Shown here piece by piece: positions 52,906 through 64,000 of a stretch of 64,000 nucleotides of DNA (the stretch's first letter is position 1; each line of letters starts with the position of its first letter). The DNA lies in the NCBI GenBank assembly GCA_002633005.1, contig NMRA01000134.1, positions 162,204 to 226,203 on the forward strand, written 5' to 3'. This DNA is from Phoronis australis. Taxonomy: Eukaryota; Animalia; Phoronida. A program made the position numbers and the translations under genes. The notes beneath the pieces were generated by a model, which ran no database searches, was not told the DNA's origin, and saw nothing but the letters and a program-made list of their open reading frames with translations.

Positions 52906-53433
52906 NNNNNNNNNNNNNNNNNNNNNNNNNNNNNNNNNNNNNNNNNNNNNNNNNNNNNNNNNNNNNNNNNNNNNNNNNNNNNNNNNNNNNNNNNNNNNNN
53001 NNNNNNNNNNNNNNNNNNNNNNNNNNNNNNNNNNNNNNNNNNNNNNNNNNNNNNNNNNNNNNNNNNNNNNNNNNNNNNNNNNNNNNNNNNNNNNNNNNNN
53101 NNNNNNNNNNNNNNNNNNNNNNNNNNNNNNNNNNNNNNNNNNNNNNNNNNNNNNNNNNNNNNNNNNNNNNNNNNNNNNNNNNNNNNNNNNNNNNNNNNNN
53201 NNNNNNNNNNNNNNNNNNNNNNNNNNNNNNNNNNNNNNNNNNNNNNNNNNNNNNNNNNNNNNNNNNNNNNNNNNNNNNNNNNNNNNNNNNNNNNNNNNNN
53301 NNNNNNNNNNNNNNNNNNNNNNNNNNNNNNNNNNNNNNNNNNNNNNNNNNNNNNNNNNNNNNNNNNNNNNNNNNNNNNNNNNNNNNNNNNNNNNNNNNNN
53401 NNNNNNNNNNNNNNNNNNNNNNNNNNNNNNNNN
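52906..53433. other. Assembly gap (528 N)
   Basis: N run preceded by (CT)n. Confidence 1.
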
Positions 53434-54184
53434 TGATTTAAAGTTCATATACCGATTCACTTAGATTTGAGTAATTTTGACTAGTTTCTTAGAGTGACTA
53501 TTGTTAACAGTTTAATTTAGATTCGGTTTTATATAATATTGTCATGTATTTAGAGTATTTTGTGTATTTTCATAGATTTACAGTTCTCACACGGTTCTCA
53601 CAAGGATTCAAAGTTCTCACTGAGGTTCCAAGTGGAATTAGTAAATAAAATCATCTCGTCAAACTCGGACTTTGATTTTGTCTGTCCAACGCAGAACATT
53701 ACAGTAAATAGAAATCTTCCCGCGAGGACGGGGACAGTAAATAGAAATCTTCCCGTGAGGACGGGGGATAGCAAAATTGACTTCCCGTGTAGACGGAAGT
53801 AAGAAGAAGAAGTCTAAGAAGAAGATTCGTGACGAAGAAAACAAGGCCTACCTGTTTCTACATCCTGCTTGTGTGGGGTGATTCACAACAGTGTGCACTA
53901 CAGTGGACAGAGGTCAAACCATCCCTTCAGACTAAGGGGACAGTGATTGGAAACAGCTGGTATTAGGACAGTAATACCACTACGTTATATAACTGTATTT
54001 TGATTTGAGTTCAGTGAACCTAAATAAAAATGGAAGCTGCAAGAAAAGCTCGTTCAAATGCCAAGAGTTTATTCACAAGACAATGTGGACACATGAAACA
54101 ATTAGTTGCAAGAAAAGAAGCTGTCACAGAAGAAGACAAAGATAAGTTGAATTTNGATTTTGAGTTCAGTGAACCTAAATAAAA

Positions 54185-56120
54185 ATGGAAGCTGCAAGGA
54201 AAGCTCGTTCAAATGCCAAGAGACTATTCACAAGACAATGTGGACACATGAAACAATTAGTTGCAAGAAAAGAAGCAGTCACAGAAGAAGACAAAGATAA
54301 GTTGAATTTTTTGTTTCATGAATTTGATGTCAGCAATTTAAAGTATAGGGCTTTTATAGAAAGTGATGATGAGCTTTTAGAAGAATGTGAAGAGTATTTT
54401 ATGGATGAAGAATCCAAGTACATAGATACTTTAACTAGAGTTAATGAGTATTTAGATAAGTCTAACTCAGTAACTGAAACTCCCATAGAGAAACATGAGA
54501 GTTTAACCAAAGAAGAGGTAATGGGTCTTGTAAATTTACCCAAGGTCACACTAGACAAATTTGATGGTAATCCGGCCAAGTATCACACTTTTGTAGCCAT
54601 TTTTGATCAAAACGTAGCAAGCGTCGTGAAGGACGGCGATGCCAAATTAACAAGACTCCTCCAGTATACCACCGGAGCGGCCAAAGAAAGCATTCAGAAA
54701 TGCGCATTGGTCGGCGGTAAAGAAGGTTTCGAACTGGCCCGTGAGATCCTGCACTCACGGTATGGTGACAACCATAAAGTAGCAGACAGATTGATGACTG
54801 ACGTCAAAAAGGGTGGCCAGATAAGGTCATCGGCTGACCTCCAGCGTTTTGCGGATGACCTTGAAAATACCTATCTGATATTAGATAAGTTAGAGAAACT
54901 CCCTGAGATTGACACACAGGCGAGCATTTTAGAAATCATAAGCAGGCTTCAGCCCTTCATTCAGCAAAAGTGGCGAAAAAGGGCTCTCAGTTTAAAGCGA
55001 GAGGAAGACCGCTACCCCAAATTTTCAGAATTTGTGAAGTTTGTTAGTCAAATGGCAACTGATCAGAATGACCCCATATACGGAAAACATCCGTCTGCCG
55101 GTCATAGCCATAAGCAATTCAATGATGTTCCCAAAAGATCTTCCTATTTAAATACTAATGTAAAGGTGGGTCAGTCGCAAAAGATAAGAAAATGTCCTGA
55201 TTGTTCGCAGCCCCATCCACTGTGGCGCTGTGAACAATTTAAGAATAAAACGCCTTCAGAACGCCAAGTTGTGGTTGAAAGGGCTAAACTTTGTCGAAAT
55301 TGCCTTTTTGACAACCATAATTTAGAAAATTGCCAATAAACGTCTTTTTGTCACAAACAAGGCTGCGTAGAGAAACATTCATACTTACTTCATGATAAAA
55401 AAGATAGCACTCCCCCTAATGTGACCAATAATGGAATCCGGGTGGCTGACCATGGCATATATCTGCCAATTGTCCCGGTTCGGGTGAACAATGCGTACTC
55501 TACCTTCGCCCTTTTAGACACCGGGTCTTCAGGCAGCTTCTGCACCAGGAGTCTTGTTGAGAAATTGAAGCTGCTGACCACAAAACTTACATATACATTG
55601 AATACGATTGATGCCCTCGACCAAGAGCGGCGCTCTATGCAAACTGCGTGCCGCTTGACATCCCAAGACGGTGCAAACGACTTATCTATTTCTCATGTTT
55701 ATGTGGCAGAGGAGATACCAACCGACACGCCTGCTATTGACTTAGAAGCATACAACCACCTAAAAGATTTGCAAATTGTTCAAGGAAGAGTTGAAATCCT
55801 AATTGGCCAAGATAATTGTGAGGCCCTTATCCCACTGGAAGTCAGAAAGAGTAGGAAAAATGAGCCCTTTGCAGTCCGCACTATGTTTGGTTGGTGCCTT
55901 AATGGTCCAAGAGGTGGCGCTGTTAGCAGAAAGGTGATTTCCCATTTTGTTACTGGCGTCAAACCGAAAGTTTTTTCTGAATCATCTGAATTTTTCGCGA
56001 CGGACGATGGGACTGATGCTTTGGATGCCACGGGTCCATCCGTCAACGATGAGAAGGTGTTTGAGGTCAAAGATGATGACCCTGAAGTTAAACATCAAGT
56101 CACTTCGCATGTGGAAGTGC
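54185..56120 (+). pseudogene. BEL gag-protease region with one in-frame stop (55337-55339)
   Basis: ORFs 54185..55339 and 55421..56179 share a frame; read-through gives the third knuckle CHKQGCVEKHSYLLH. Confidence 0.9.
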
Positions 56121-56121
56121 A

Positions 56122-57546
56122 GTGTCTATGCCTGTTCCAAGAAAGGCAGTTATTAGAGAACATCCTCTTAAGCAACTGAGTGAATATTACTCAGACTGGC
56201 AGCGACTGAAAAGGGCAGTCGCATGGCTGATTAAAATCAAGAAGTCATTGAAAGCGAAAAGCAAGTTCACGAAACTAACCGTTTCAGACATGCAATCAGC
56301 AGAAGAAGAAATTCTGAAATTTGCACAACAAAATTTGAAAACAAATAGCGAAAATGTTCGCCAACTAAATCCTTACGTTGATGAAAATGGCATCATACGT
56401 GTTGGAGGTAGGACTAGCAAAGCTGGTACCAATAACAAAAATCAAATCATTGTCCCAAGCGGACACATTGCAAATATATTGATTCGCCATATACATGAAA
56501 CGAATCACATGGGATGTGAATACACCTTGGAAAACATAAGAGAAATGTATTGGATTCGCAGAAAAGATGTTAAATCTATCTTACGCAGATGCATTATTTG
56601 TCGTAACGTTAATGGCAGATCATGTCAACAGAAAATGGGAGAACACCCAGAGACCCGACTTGCAGCAGATGATAAACCCTTCACACATACTGGTGTTGAC
56701 TGTTTTGGTTCTTTTTTAATCAAAAGGGGACGCTCTGAATTGAAACGGTATGGATGTGTATTCACATGGATGTGTCGTACACATTGAAGTTTTGGAAACA
56801 CTCGATACTGATTCGTTCATAAATGCATTGAGGAGATTCATTGCAAGAAGAGGTCAACCAAAGTCTATAACTTCTGACAACGGTGGAAATTTTGTCAGTG
56901 GCAATAAGGAACTTGCCAAAGGTCTAAAAGAATTAGACGACATGAGGATACAAAATTCCTTGCTACAAAATAACATTGAATGGAAATTCAACCCACCTCA
57001 TGCAAGCCATCACGGCGGTGTTTGGGAAAGACAAATTAGATCGATTAGAAAAGTTTTGATAACTTTATTGGGTGAACAAAAATTGAATGATGAAACTTTG
57101 ACTACACTCTTGTGTGAAGTTGAAAGCATACTGAATAACAGACCAACAAAGATGATATGCAAGCACTTAGACCAAATCATCTTTTAATGATGAAAGAAGG
57201 TCCATCATTGCCACCCTGTGCCTCAGAGAGGAATGATATTCATAGACGTCGTTGGCGTCAAGTTCAGTACATGGTCCAACTTTTCTGGAGAAGATGGCTT
57301 AAACAGTACCTTCCCGAATTGCAACGGCGTCACAAGTGGCTACAAATTACCCCAAATGTCTCAGTAGGTGATTTAGTCTTACTCATTGAGGACAATGTCC
57401 CAAGAAATCTTTGGCCTCTGGGTAGGGTTGTTGAAGTTAATCCTGGTATTGATGGCTTAGACCGCTCAGTAAAGGTTAAAACCAGAAATACTCTTCTTAT
57501 AAGACCCATTACCCAGTTAGTGATGCTTGAAGGAAAACTTTATTGA
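56122..57546 (+). pseudogene. BEL integrase plus C-terminal domain, frameshifted near 56770 and 57150
   Basis: ORFs 56122..56787, 56750..57187 and 57157..57546 carry consecutive integrase motifs. Confidence 0.9.
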
Positions 57547-57654
57547 GAAGTTATTTTGTCAAGAAAGAATTGATAATAGTTATAGATTTCTAAGGTTAAA
57601 TACCATCTTTTGAAGTATATAGATTAAATTTAGGGGTAAATTTAAGGCCGGGAG

Positions 57655-58568
57655 TGTAACATTTTTGATGAAAAATGTTAGAATTATGTAACGATTAATC
57701 GATAATTAAATTTATGAACAACTGTGTTAATTAATAACAGTTAACTATTTTGAAAGTCACAAATATTCTAGAACAGGACTTGTTATTGTAAACAACTTGT
57801 TGTGGTAAACTTGAGTATTGCGCAATTTCTTCAGAAAAGCTTTAGTTCTGTTAAGTTCTCAGTGCAGTTCTGACAAACAGGATACGGTCATCAAAACATG
57901 TTTTGGAGTGGTCAACTTTAGGTGGGCTGATTCTAAGAAACACCCACACTGATGTACTTATGCCTTGACCAGTGTCCATATGATGCTTAGTCATATCTTA
58001 GAGTATAAATATTTCTGGAGCAAACATAAGCGTCATTCTCAAAAGAAAAAGTTAGGAGACGAGGAAGCTCAGTAACTTTGGAGAATCAAGTATTTTAGGC
58101 AGATCACCGAGTCTGTAGAGTTTCAAGGAGTGTATTCAGTCACTGACAAGGATCATACTGATACACAAAACAAGAATTGGATGTTCATGCGTGGATAAGA
58201 TCAAAGGGAGCAATTTCTGTAAGTCTCATTAGAGTTTATGAACTATGAAATGTTCTAAGATATAATACGTTTTAAGATAAATGTTGGTTTGGTAAATGTG
58301 ATTTAAGGTTCATATGCCCATTCAGTTAGATTTGAGTAATTTTGACTAGTTTCTTAGAGTGACTATTGTTAACAGTTTAATTTAGATTCGGTTTTATATA
58401 ATATTGTCATGTATTTAGAGTATTTTGTGTATTTTCATAGATTTACAGTTCTCACACGGTTCTCACAAGGATTCAAAGTTCTCACTGAGGTTCCAAGTGG
58501 AATTAGTAAATAAAATCATCTCGTCAAACTCGGACTTTGATTTTGTCTGTCCAACGCAGAACATTACA
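57655..58568 (+). repeat. 3' LTR of the BEL element
   Basis: TGTAAC...ATTACA; AATAAA at ~58509; the last ~240 bp are identical to 53461-53703. Confidence 0.92.
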
Positions 58569-58599
58569 CTCATTCTTCAAATTTGTCACATATGTCTTT

Positions 58600-59130
58600 T
58601 TTAGATTGTGAATCCGCTGTGTATATTTGACTTTGAACCAGTTTAGAAAAGTGATTAATTCTTTTCCAGCTAAACCTACTTGTGGTCATAATGGCATATC
58701 CATGAAAATAATAAAATGTCTAAGTAATCTATTGATTGAACTATTGTGTGTGTCTTTAACCAGTCCATTTTCAACCAAATTTTCCAGACAACATGAAAAT
58801 CGCCAAGGTTATTCCTGTACTTAAAAACGGGGACCTGTTGTTTTTAAATAATTTCAGGCCTATCTGTGTTCATCCCTGCTTTTCTAAGATTTTTGAAAAA
58901 CGTATTTATAACCAACTTTACGATTATTTTCAATCTAATGGCTCGCTACATCCTGTCCAGTATGATTTTCGTGGGGGCACTCTGCAGAACTGGCTTTAGC
59001 TGAAATTATGGATAGAATTATCAAGGCTATCGAAAATAATAAATTACCTCTGGCCATTCTAATTGATCTTTCCAAAGCTTTCGATTCTTTCAGTTATTCA
59101 ATTTTACTCGACAAACTTCTATATTATTGT
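58600..59130 (+). mobile_element. Decayed CR1/L2-type LINE reverse transcriptase fragment
   Basis: CGHNGIS; KIAKVIPVLKNGD...NFRPI...FSKIFEK; QYDFR; IDLSKAFD...ILLDKL. Confidence 0.88.
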
Positions 59131-60480
59131 TGCAACCTCTTGTCTCGACTTTGGTTTGTTCTTGACTTCTTCAACCATCACCCTTGCGAAAACTTTCAGT
59201 ACCTGGTTGTGTCGGTAGAGTAAGCATCACAAGTTTGTGTGGAATTGAGTCGTGTGGATTTGCAAGGTCTAGAAATAACGCCACCAAGTCTCTCTTATTC
59301 TCCCTTGCTTTGATGATCTGGGTCAGCACATCTATGTGTTGCAATCATATACTCAGTTATTCTCCATGCCACAAATACCAAGAATGTCTTCCCTTCTAAT
59401 TTAACAGCGAGATGGTCCTGAACTGTTACAACTCATCAGTATTTTCTTGCATTGGAATAAAGCATCCTTCTGTCTTGTAAAAAATATTCCGCTAGCCGTC
59501 CTCTCCTCCACAACACTCTCAAGAGTTCCCACAATGTCCTTGCTAACATAAGACAGCACTTGTACAGTTTGTATGGCACTCCGTATGGCCCATGTGCTGA
59601 AGAAACCTTTGCTTTCCTTATTTTCTGTGACACCTCTGCCCAAATTTGCTGGCTCACTTCAAACTCTGTTGTTGTTTCCTCCGCCTTTGTAAGCTTTCAA
59701 GCTCTCCTCAAATCCACGTCTCTTCTCGGGTGGCTGCTTATGTCCATCAGAAGTTTCTCTACCTGAACCTTTTCACAATCTTGTCACCCGAACCCTTTCT
59801 TACCCTGTAATCTTGACACAAACTGGAAAGGGTTTGGTGTGAATTGGTCTCTCTTGGTACCAAAACGTTCAAGCTCGTCCTAGACTCTTTAGCCTTTCTC
59901 TCAAATTGTGTCTTAGCTCCGCTATCTCTTCTTGTTCTTCCAATCCTGCTATTTGAAATCTCCTTCTCAGTTGTTTCAGGTCACGTCTGATCTCTGTTAT
60001 CTCTGTCTCTGCTTATTTTCTAGTGTAAAATAGGTGACATCCTTTGACCTCTTCCACACCGTAGCAGTCTACTCCTACGTTTTTAAATGTAAGTTGTTAA
60101 TCACCTTCCTATCAACGCCACCATCACAGGAAGTATCCAAGATCTTCAGTAGGTCGTCCTCAAGGGATTGCCATTCCTTCTTGTTGTTACTGGTTGGCCA
60201 CTTGACTCTTACTCTTCTTTCCTTCATGTCTGCTTCCTGGTCTCCAAGTATTTCTCCCTCTGAAGCTGCTTTTCTGTTACCGTAGTCATCACCACAACTT
60301 CTAATCGACAGCCCATTTTTCCCTGATGGATCTTCAGTCCCTTCTGGTTCTTGCACATTTTGCCGCAGTGATGCTGCAACTCACGTCCATTTTTGCTGGT
60401 GAGCTGATTCGTTGTTTAGATCCTTCTGTAACGATGCTCCTTGTGACTCGTCTCTGGCCTGGTGATGATGCTGTAGAACA
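59130..60480 (-). mobile_element. Decayed HERO-type (R2-group) non-LTR retrotransposon fragment
   Basis: RVKWPTSNNKKEWQSLEDDL; SAHGPYGVPYKLYK...LWELLRVLW; LFLDLANPHDSIPHKLV (~59230-59290), resembling the HERO WLDLANAYGSIPHKL motif. Confidence 0.8.
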
Positions 60481-62372
60481 TGATTTAGTGACAGGTCTCA
60501 TTCCGGCAAATGTAATCGTTGTCTGTCAACAGTTCATTGTGATACACGCTACGCGCCGGGAGACGTATGTCAAGAAACCATTTACGAAACGAACAATACA
60601 AAACGCGTCGGTGGTTAAGGATACGTGTGCCTCTGTCTCAATAAATTTATTTTTTTTTAAATCTTTCTTTTATTCATGGCATAATATGTGAGGATTTCAA
60701 ATGTATTTCGCTTTACTCTTACAACTGTATTTTTGTATATTTAAAATCGTCGCATTTTGAAGCCCTGGCACGTGAAGCTTGTTTACCTGTGTTGTGTCAA
60801 TCTGATTTCGCGTCAAGTTTGTCCCTCAATGCAAAGCCCTATTGTTTATCAGTAGACAGGCCCATACCTCAACAGGCCATTTCATTCGTGGTCAGCTGCA
60901 ATGTCGCCCAGTATATTATTCATTGTTGATAATCGATTTCTTCGAAAAGAGGGGACGGATTCTCTCGGTGTTTGAATTTTCAGACAGCACGACCATTCAA
61001 TACGAATACCGTGTCTCAGATTTTAGATTAAAGGTTTCATTTTATGTTTGATTTAGAATTAAGAGTAACGGTGTTTTTGACATAGCGATTGCAAATAAGG
61101 ATATTTTTAAGATTAAAAAACGGTTCGCTTTATTCAAAATCCAAGACAGGGTTTTGGAGTAAATTTGCCAAAGCTTTGTTGTCCAAGGTCTTAATAATGA
61201 AGGTTAAAGGATAAATTCGTTATTTATGTACCTTTCAAAAACAAAACTTTTTCACCCAAAACACAGACTAACGGGACCACAACAATGTCACAATTTGGAT
61301 GACAGATGAATTCGTTTCGACTTCCACTTTCAGGAACTATATACTTTCATGGGTTGACAGTGGCTAGTTCAGATATTTTAGTAATATAGCATAGCAATTT
61401 GAGGTACACGTAACCTAAAGCACGACATCAAATTAATGAATTTGGGTGTAAATTTATCTTTTCTTACAACTTGCTGTGTTCGTGAGCAATAAGTCAAAGA
61501 GGCGGTGCGGCGACTCCGACTCGAAGCATTCATTCTCAATAGTCGTTTGCACACACTCACGATCAAAACGACGTTTTGTGTTTGTGTTCCGCGGTATCTT
61601 TCTATGCTATGTACACATCGTTGACTCAATATAATGGCGATTCGGTGAATGAAAGGACTGACGGTGCATACAGAAGTAGGCCTACTCTGCCTGGAGTGAG
61701 ATTCGATTTGAGTGACCTCGGATAACTGGGATAAATAGCAAACAAATTTCCACGCGACTGAAGGCGGTTCTGCTAAATCTTTTTTCTCGTTACAATGTAG
61801 ATATTTTGTTCCGCGAGAATGAAGATAAGGTATTTTTACCGGGCCAATTTTTTGTGAATAAGATTTGAGGTATCCTTAAAAATGCCGACTCTTTAAAGCA
61901 AGCGACACCCTTTGACTTCCTGGAGAACTGTGTGTACAAGTGTAATCCGGAAAAGAAACAAATTGTAAATAAACTGCGGTTTTAAAGGAAACACCACAAC
62001 TGACACACTTAAAAACAAGTTTGAACTCATAGAAAATCCTAGTAATTCCAAATATTACGCAATCGTTATTTGATAATGAAACGAACAAATAATAAACGCT
62101 GTACCATGTTTTATTAGGGTAACGATGACATATTATCAAACTCATTTACATAGAAATAGTCTCGCAAAACTAGACTTTCACGATTGTGATGGTAACTGGT
62201 TCTTCGATGGTTTCCAGCACACCGGAAGTCCAGGGTTGTTTGTAAACTAGTACTTCATTTGCATGTGCACAATTTAATGAGACAAAGTATCTTTAAGTGA
62301 AGTGGCCGGACTATCTTGGAAGCCGGGTGACTTCAACAGAAGTCGGTTCTCCAATGCTAATAATACAAAATC

Positions 62373-63005
62373 GTGCTTGAGTTTGAATACCAGCGTTTTC
62401 CGTTTTCAGCAAATGAGTATGTTTGCGAATGCTTGAAGCGTTTTACTAACAAAACGAGCTACAAGAGACATAAGCGAGAGAAACACGGAGAGCGTTACCC
62501 ATTCAGCTGCTGCCTCTGCCCAGAAGTCTTCCACACCACGTGCAGTCTCGAAGACCACGAGAGAGTGCGACACAATGCTCCAAAGTTGAAGTGTCAACAC
62601 TGTCCGAAGACATTTGCCAGTGCTAGGGGATTGAGTGAACACTTACACAGCCATACGCCAACCAAGTACAACTGTAACGAGTGTAGTAGAAGCTTTGACA
62701 ACAGAGCCTATCTCCGTAGACATGTTGCATCGCATCAGCGCGTGGAATGTCCAGTTTGCTCCAAGTCGTACTCCAGGCCTCAGCATTTGAAAGAACATAT
62801 TTCGGCAGCCCACTCTTCGAAGTTATTTGGATGTCCCATGTGCCCATTTGAGACGCGTCACGAGCGTTCTATAACACGACATATTAGCAGGCACACTCGG
62901 ACTAAAAAGCATGTTATTTCTAAAGTGGGCAGGAAAACAGCCGCAGAGAGTACCTCGCTCCACAACAGAGTACATGCAAAGACAACACTAAATCTACCGC
63001 CATAA
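62373..63005 (+). CDS. C2H2 zinc-finger protein (six fingers); probably a terminal exon starting at 62411
   Basis: Five CxxC...HxxxH/HxxxxH fingers plus a first CxC-type finger, in an intact frame. Acceptor-like CCGTTTTCAG at 62401-62410. The upstream exon was not identified. Confidence 0.8.
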   Translation: MLEFEYQRFPFSANEYVCECLKRFTNKTSYKRHKREKHGERYPFSCCLCPEVFHTTCSLEDHERVRHNAPKLKCQHCPKTFASARGLSEHLHSHTPTKYNCNECSRSFDNRAYLRRHVASHQRVECPVCSKSYSRPQHLKEHISAAHSSKLFGCPMCPFETRHERSITRHISRHTRTKKHVISKVGRKTAAESTSLHNRVHAKTTLNLPP

Positions 63006-63566
63006 CAATTCTCCCACTTATGACCAAATAAGCTTTGGTGTCAATATTAAATTATGCACAGTTTATATTGAGTGCATATTACATTTACGCCAGATATGTC
63101 GCACTAGTTTTAGCGCCCAACCCCTGCTAAGTAGGGCACTATACAAATGGTTGTTTTATAGTGACAAAGAATTTCTTGATATTTCGGGCGTTGCGGAGTT
63201 TTAGTAGCTTGTATCAACGTTAGGCTTTTGAATAGAAAATAGAGAGTTTCGGCTACACGTGGACGACCGCATTTGAACCTGTAGGGCGAAGCTCTATTAC
63301 ACACCTGGCATACATCCTGGCTGGTGTATGCGTGTAAAAAACGACATGTAATATTCTGCTGCATTACAGGTGATGACAGAAAGATCCAAGCATTTAGCAG
63401 AATTTGAGTTCCACGATATAAAAGAAGGGCGTGCTTTCGAAACGGAAGTATCTTGCCGGCCTCTGTTGCCAGTGCATGAGTCGGCCATGCTTAAGGCTAC
63501 TTGTTATGACTGGTCAGTTGTAGTAATGCAGTTCTCTAGATATTTTGTTGTTGACACGTGATGCAA

Positions 63567-63640
63567 TGACACTAGATTGACAGTTCTTGTTTTGCTGTGG
63601 CACTGACACTAGACTGACAGTACTTGTTTCGCTGTGGCAT
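63567..63640. repeat. Tandem duplication of a 37-bp unit
   Basis: TGACACTAGAYTGACAGTWCTTGTTTYGCTGTGGCA, two copies. Confidence 0.85.
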
Positions 63641-64000
63641 CTAAAACAATTTCCTCGTTTGTATTATACCTTCGAGAATAAAATATCATGTGCCTGTTTC
63701 AGTCGGTTCAAAACTATACCCGTTCTTCTAGTAGAACCAAGTATAGTCAAGTAGTTGCATCTTAAAAACTTCTTCTTTCAAAATATTTCAAATAAGAATC
63801 ATAATTGTAATGATGGCACAGTCTCACTGCGTTTCTTGCAAACATTCAGCCATCGACAGCCGTAAAAAGATGTAACGAAATCCCAGTGCTCCATTTAAGG
63901 TGCTTCTTGGCATAACCTGATTATTTTATAAGCCAGGGTACAAGAATGAAATATGCACTTGAAAATACGAAGTACGGTGGATATGAAACGAAAATTGTGG

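Larger units (their letters stand above)
53434..58568 (+). mobile_element. BEL/Pao LTR retrotransposon, non-autonomous (RT and RNase H deleted)
   Basis: 5' LTR remnant 53434-53703; 3' LTR 57655-58568 (TG...CA, 914 bp) preceded by the purine tract GGCCGGGAG. Gag with FDG.P..Y and three zinc knuckles; protease ALLDTGS; integrase H-H-C-C, GVDCFG, SDNGGNF, GGVWERQIRSIR; DUF5641-type FWRRW..YL..LQ.R.KW. Confidence 0.95.

Noticed and set aside
52777-53464. Long ORFs of 189-222 aa
   Set aside because: They are artefacts of translating through the N gap.
53998-54310. Duplicated gag start
   Set aside because: Near-identical ~155-bp copies on either side of a single N; most likely an unmerged contig or haplotype overlap.

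Overview
This is repeat-rich eukaryotic genomic DNA with GT-AG introns, one 528-N gap and several single-N contig joins. The transposon content suggests a bilaterian invertebrate, but the species cannot be determined. Host genes reconstructed by hand: (1) a complete six-exon RDH11/12/13/14-like short-chain dehydrogenase (minus, 16568..8250, 290 aa); (2) a three-exon, 93-aa candidate neuropeptide precursor (minus, 25147..23751) with signal peptide, amidation Gly and RKR/RR/KR cleavage sites, invisible as a whole in the ORF track; (3) a six-finger C2H2 zinc-finger ORF (62373..63005); (4) a possible spliced orphan gene (2702..3655). The rest is mostly transposable elements: a young but RT/RNaseH-deleted BEL/Pao LTR element, Penelope-like, CR1/L2-type and HERO-type retroelement fragments, a decayed pogo-like transposon with a nested Kolobok, end-to-end inverted ISL2EU-like elements, a Helentron-associated element, many MITEs (including a 57-bp hairpin with 9-10-bp TSDs and a CTCF-like loop) and minisatellites. 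No rRNA, tRNA or CRISPR array was recognised. Family assignments come from motif recognition by eye; no database search was run.
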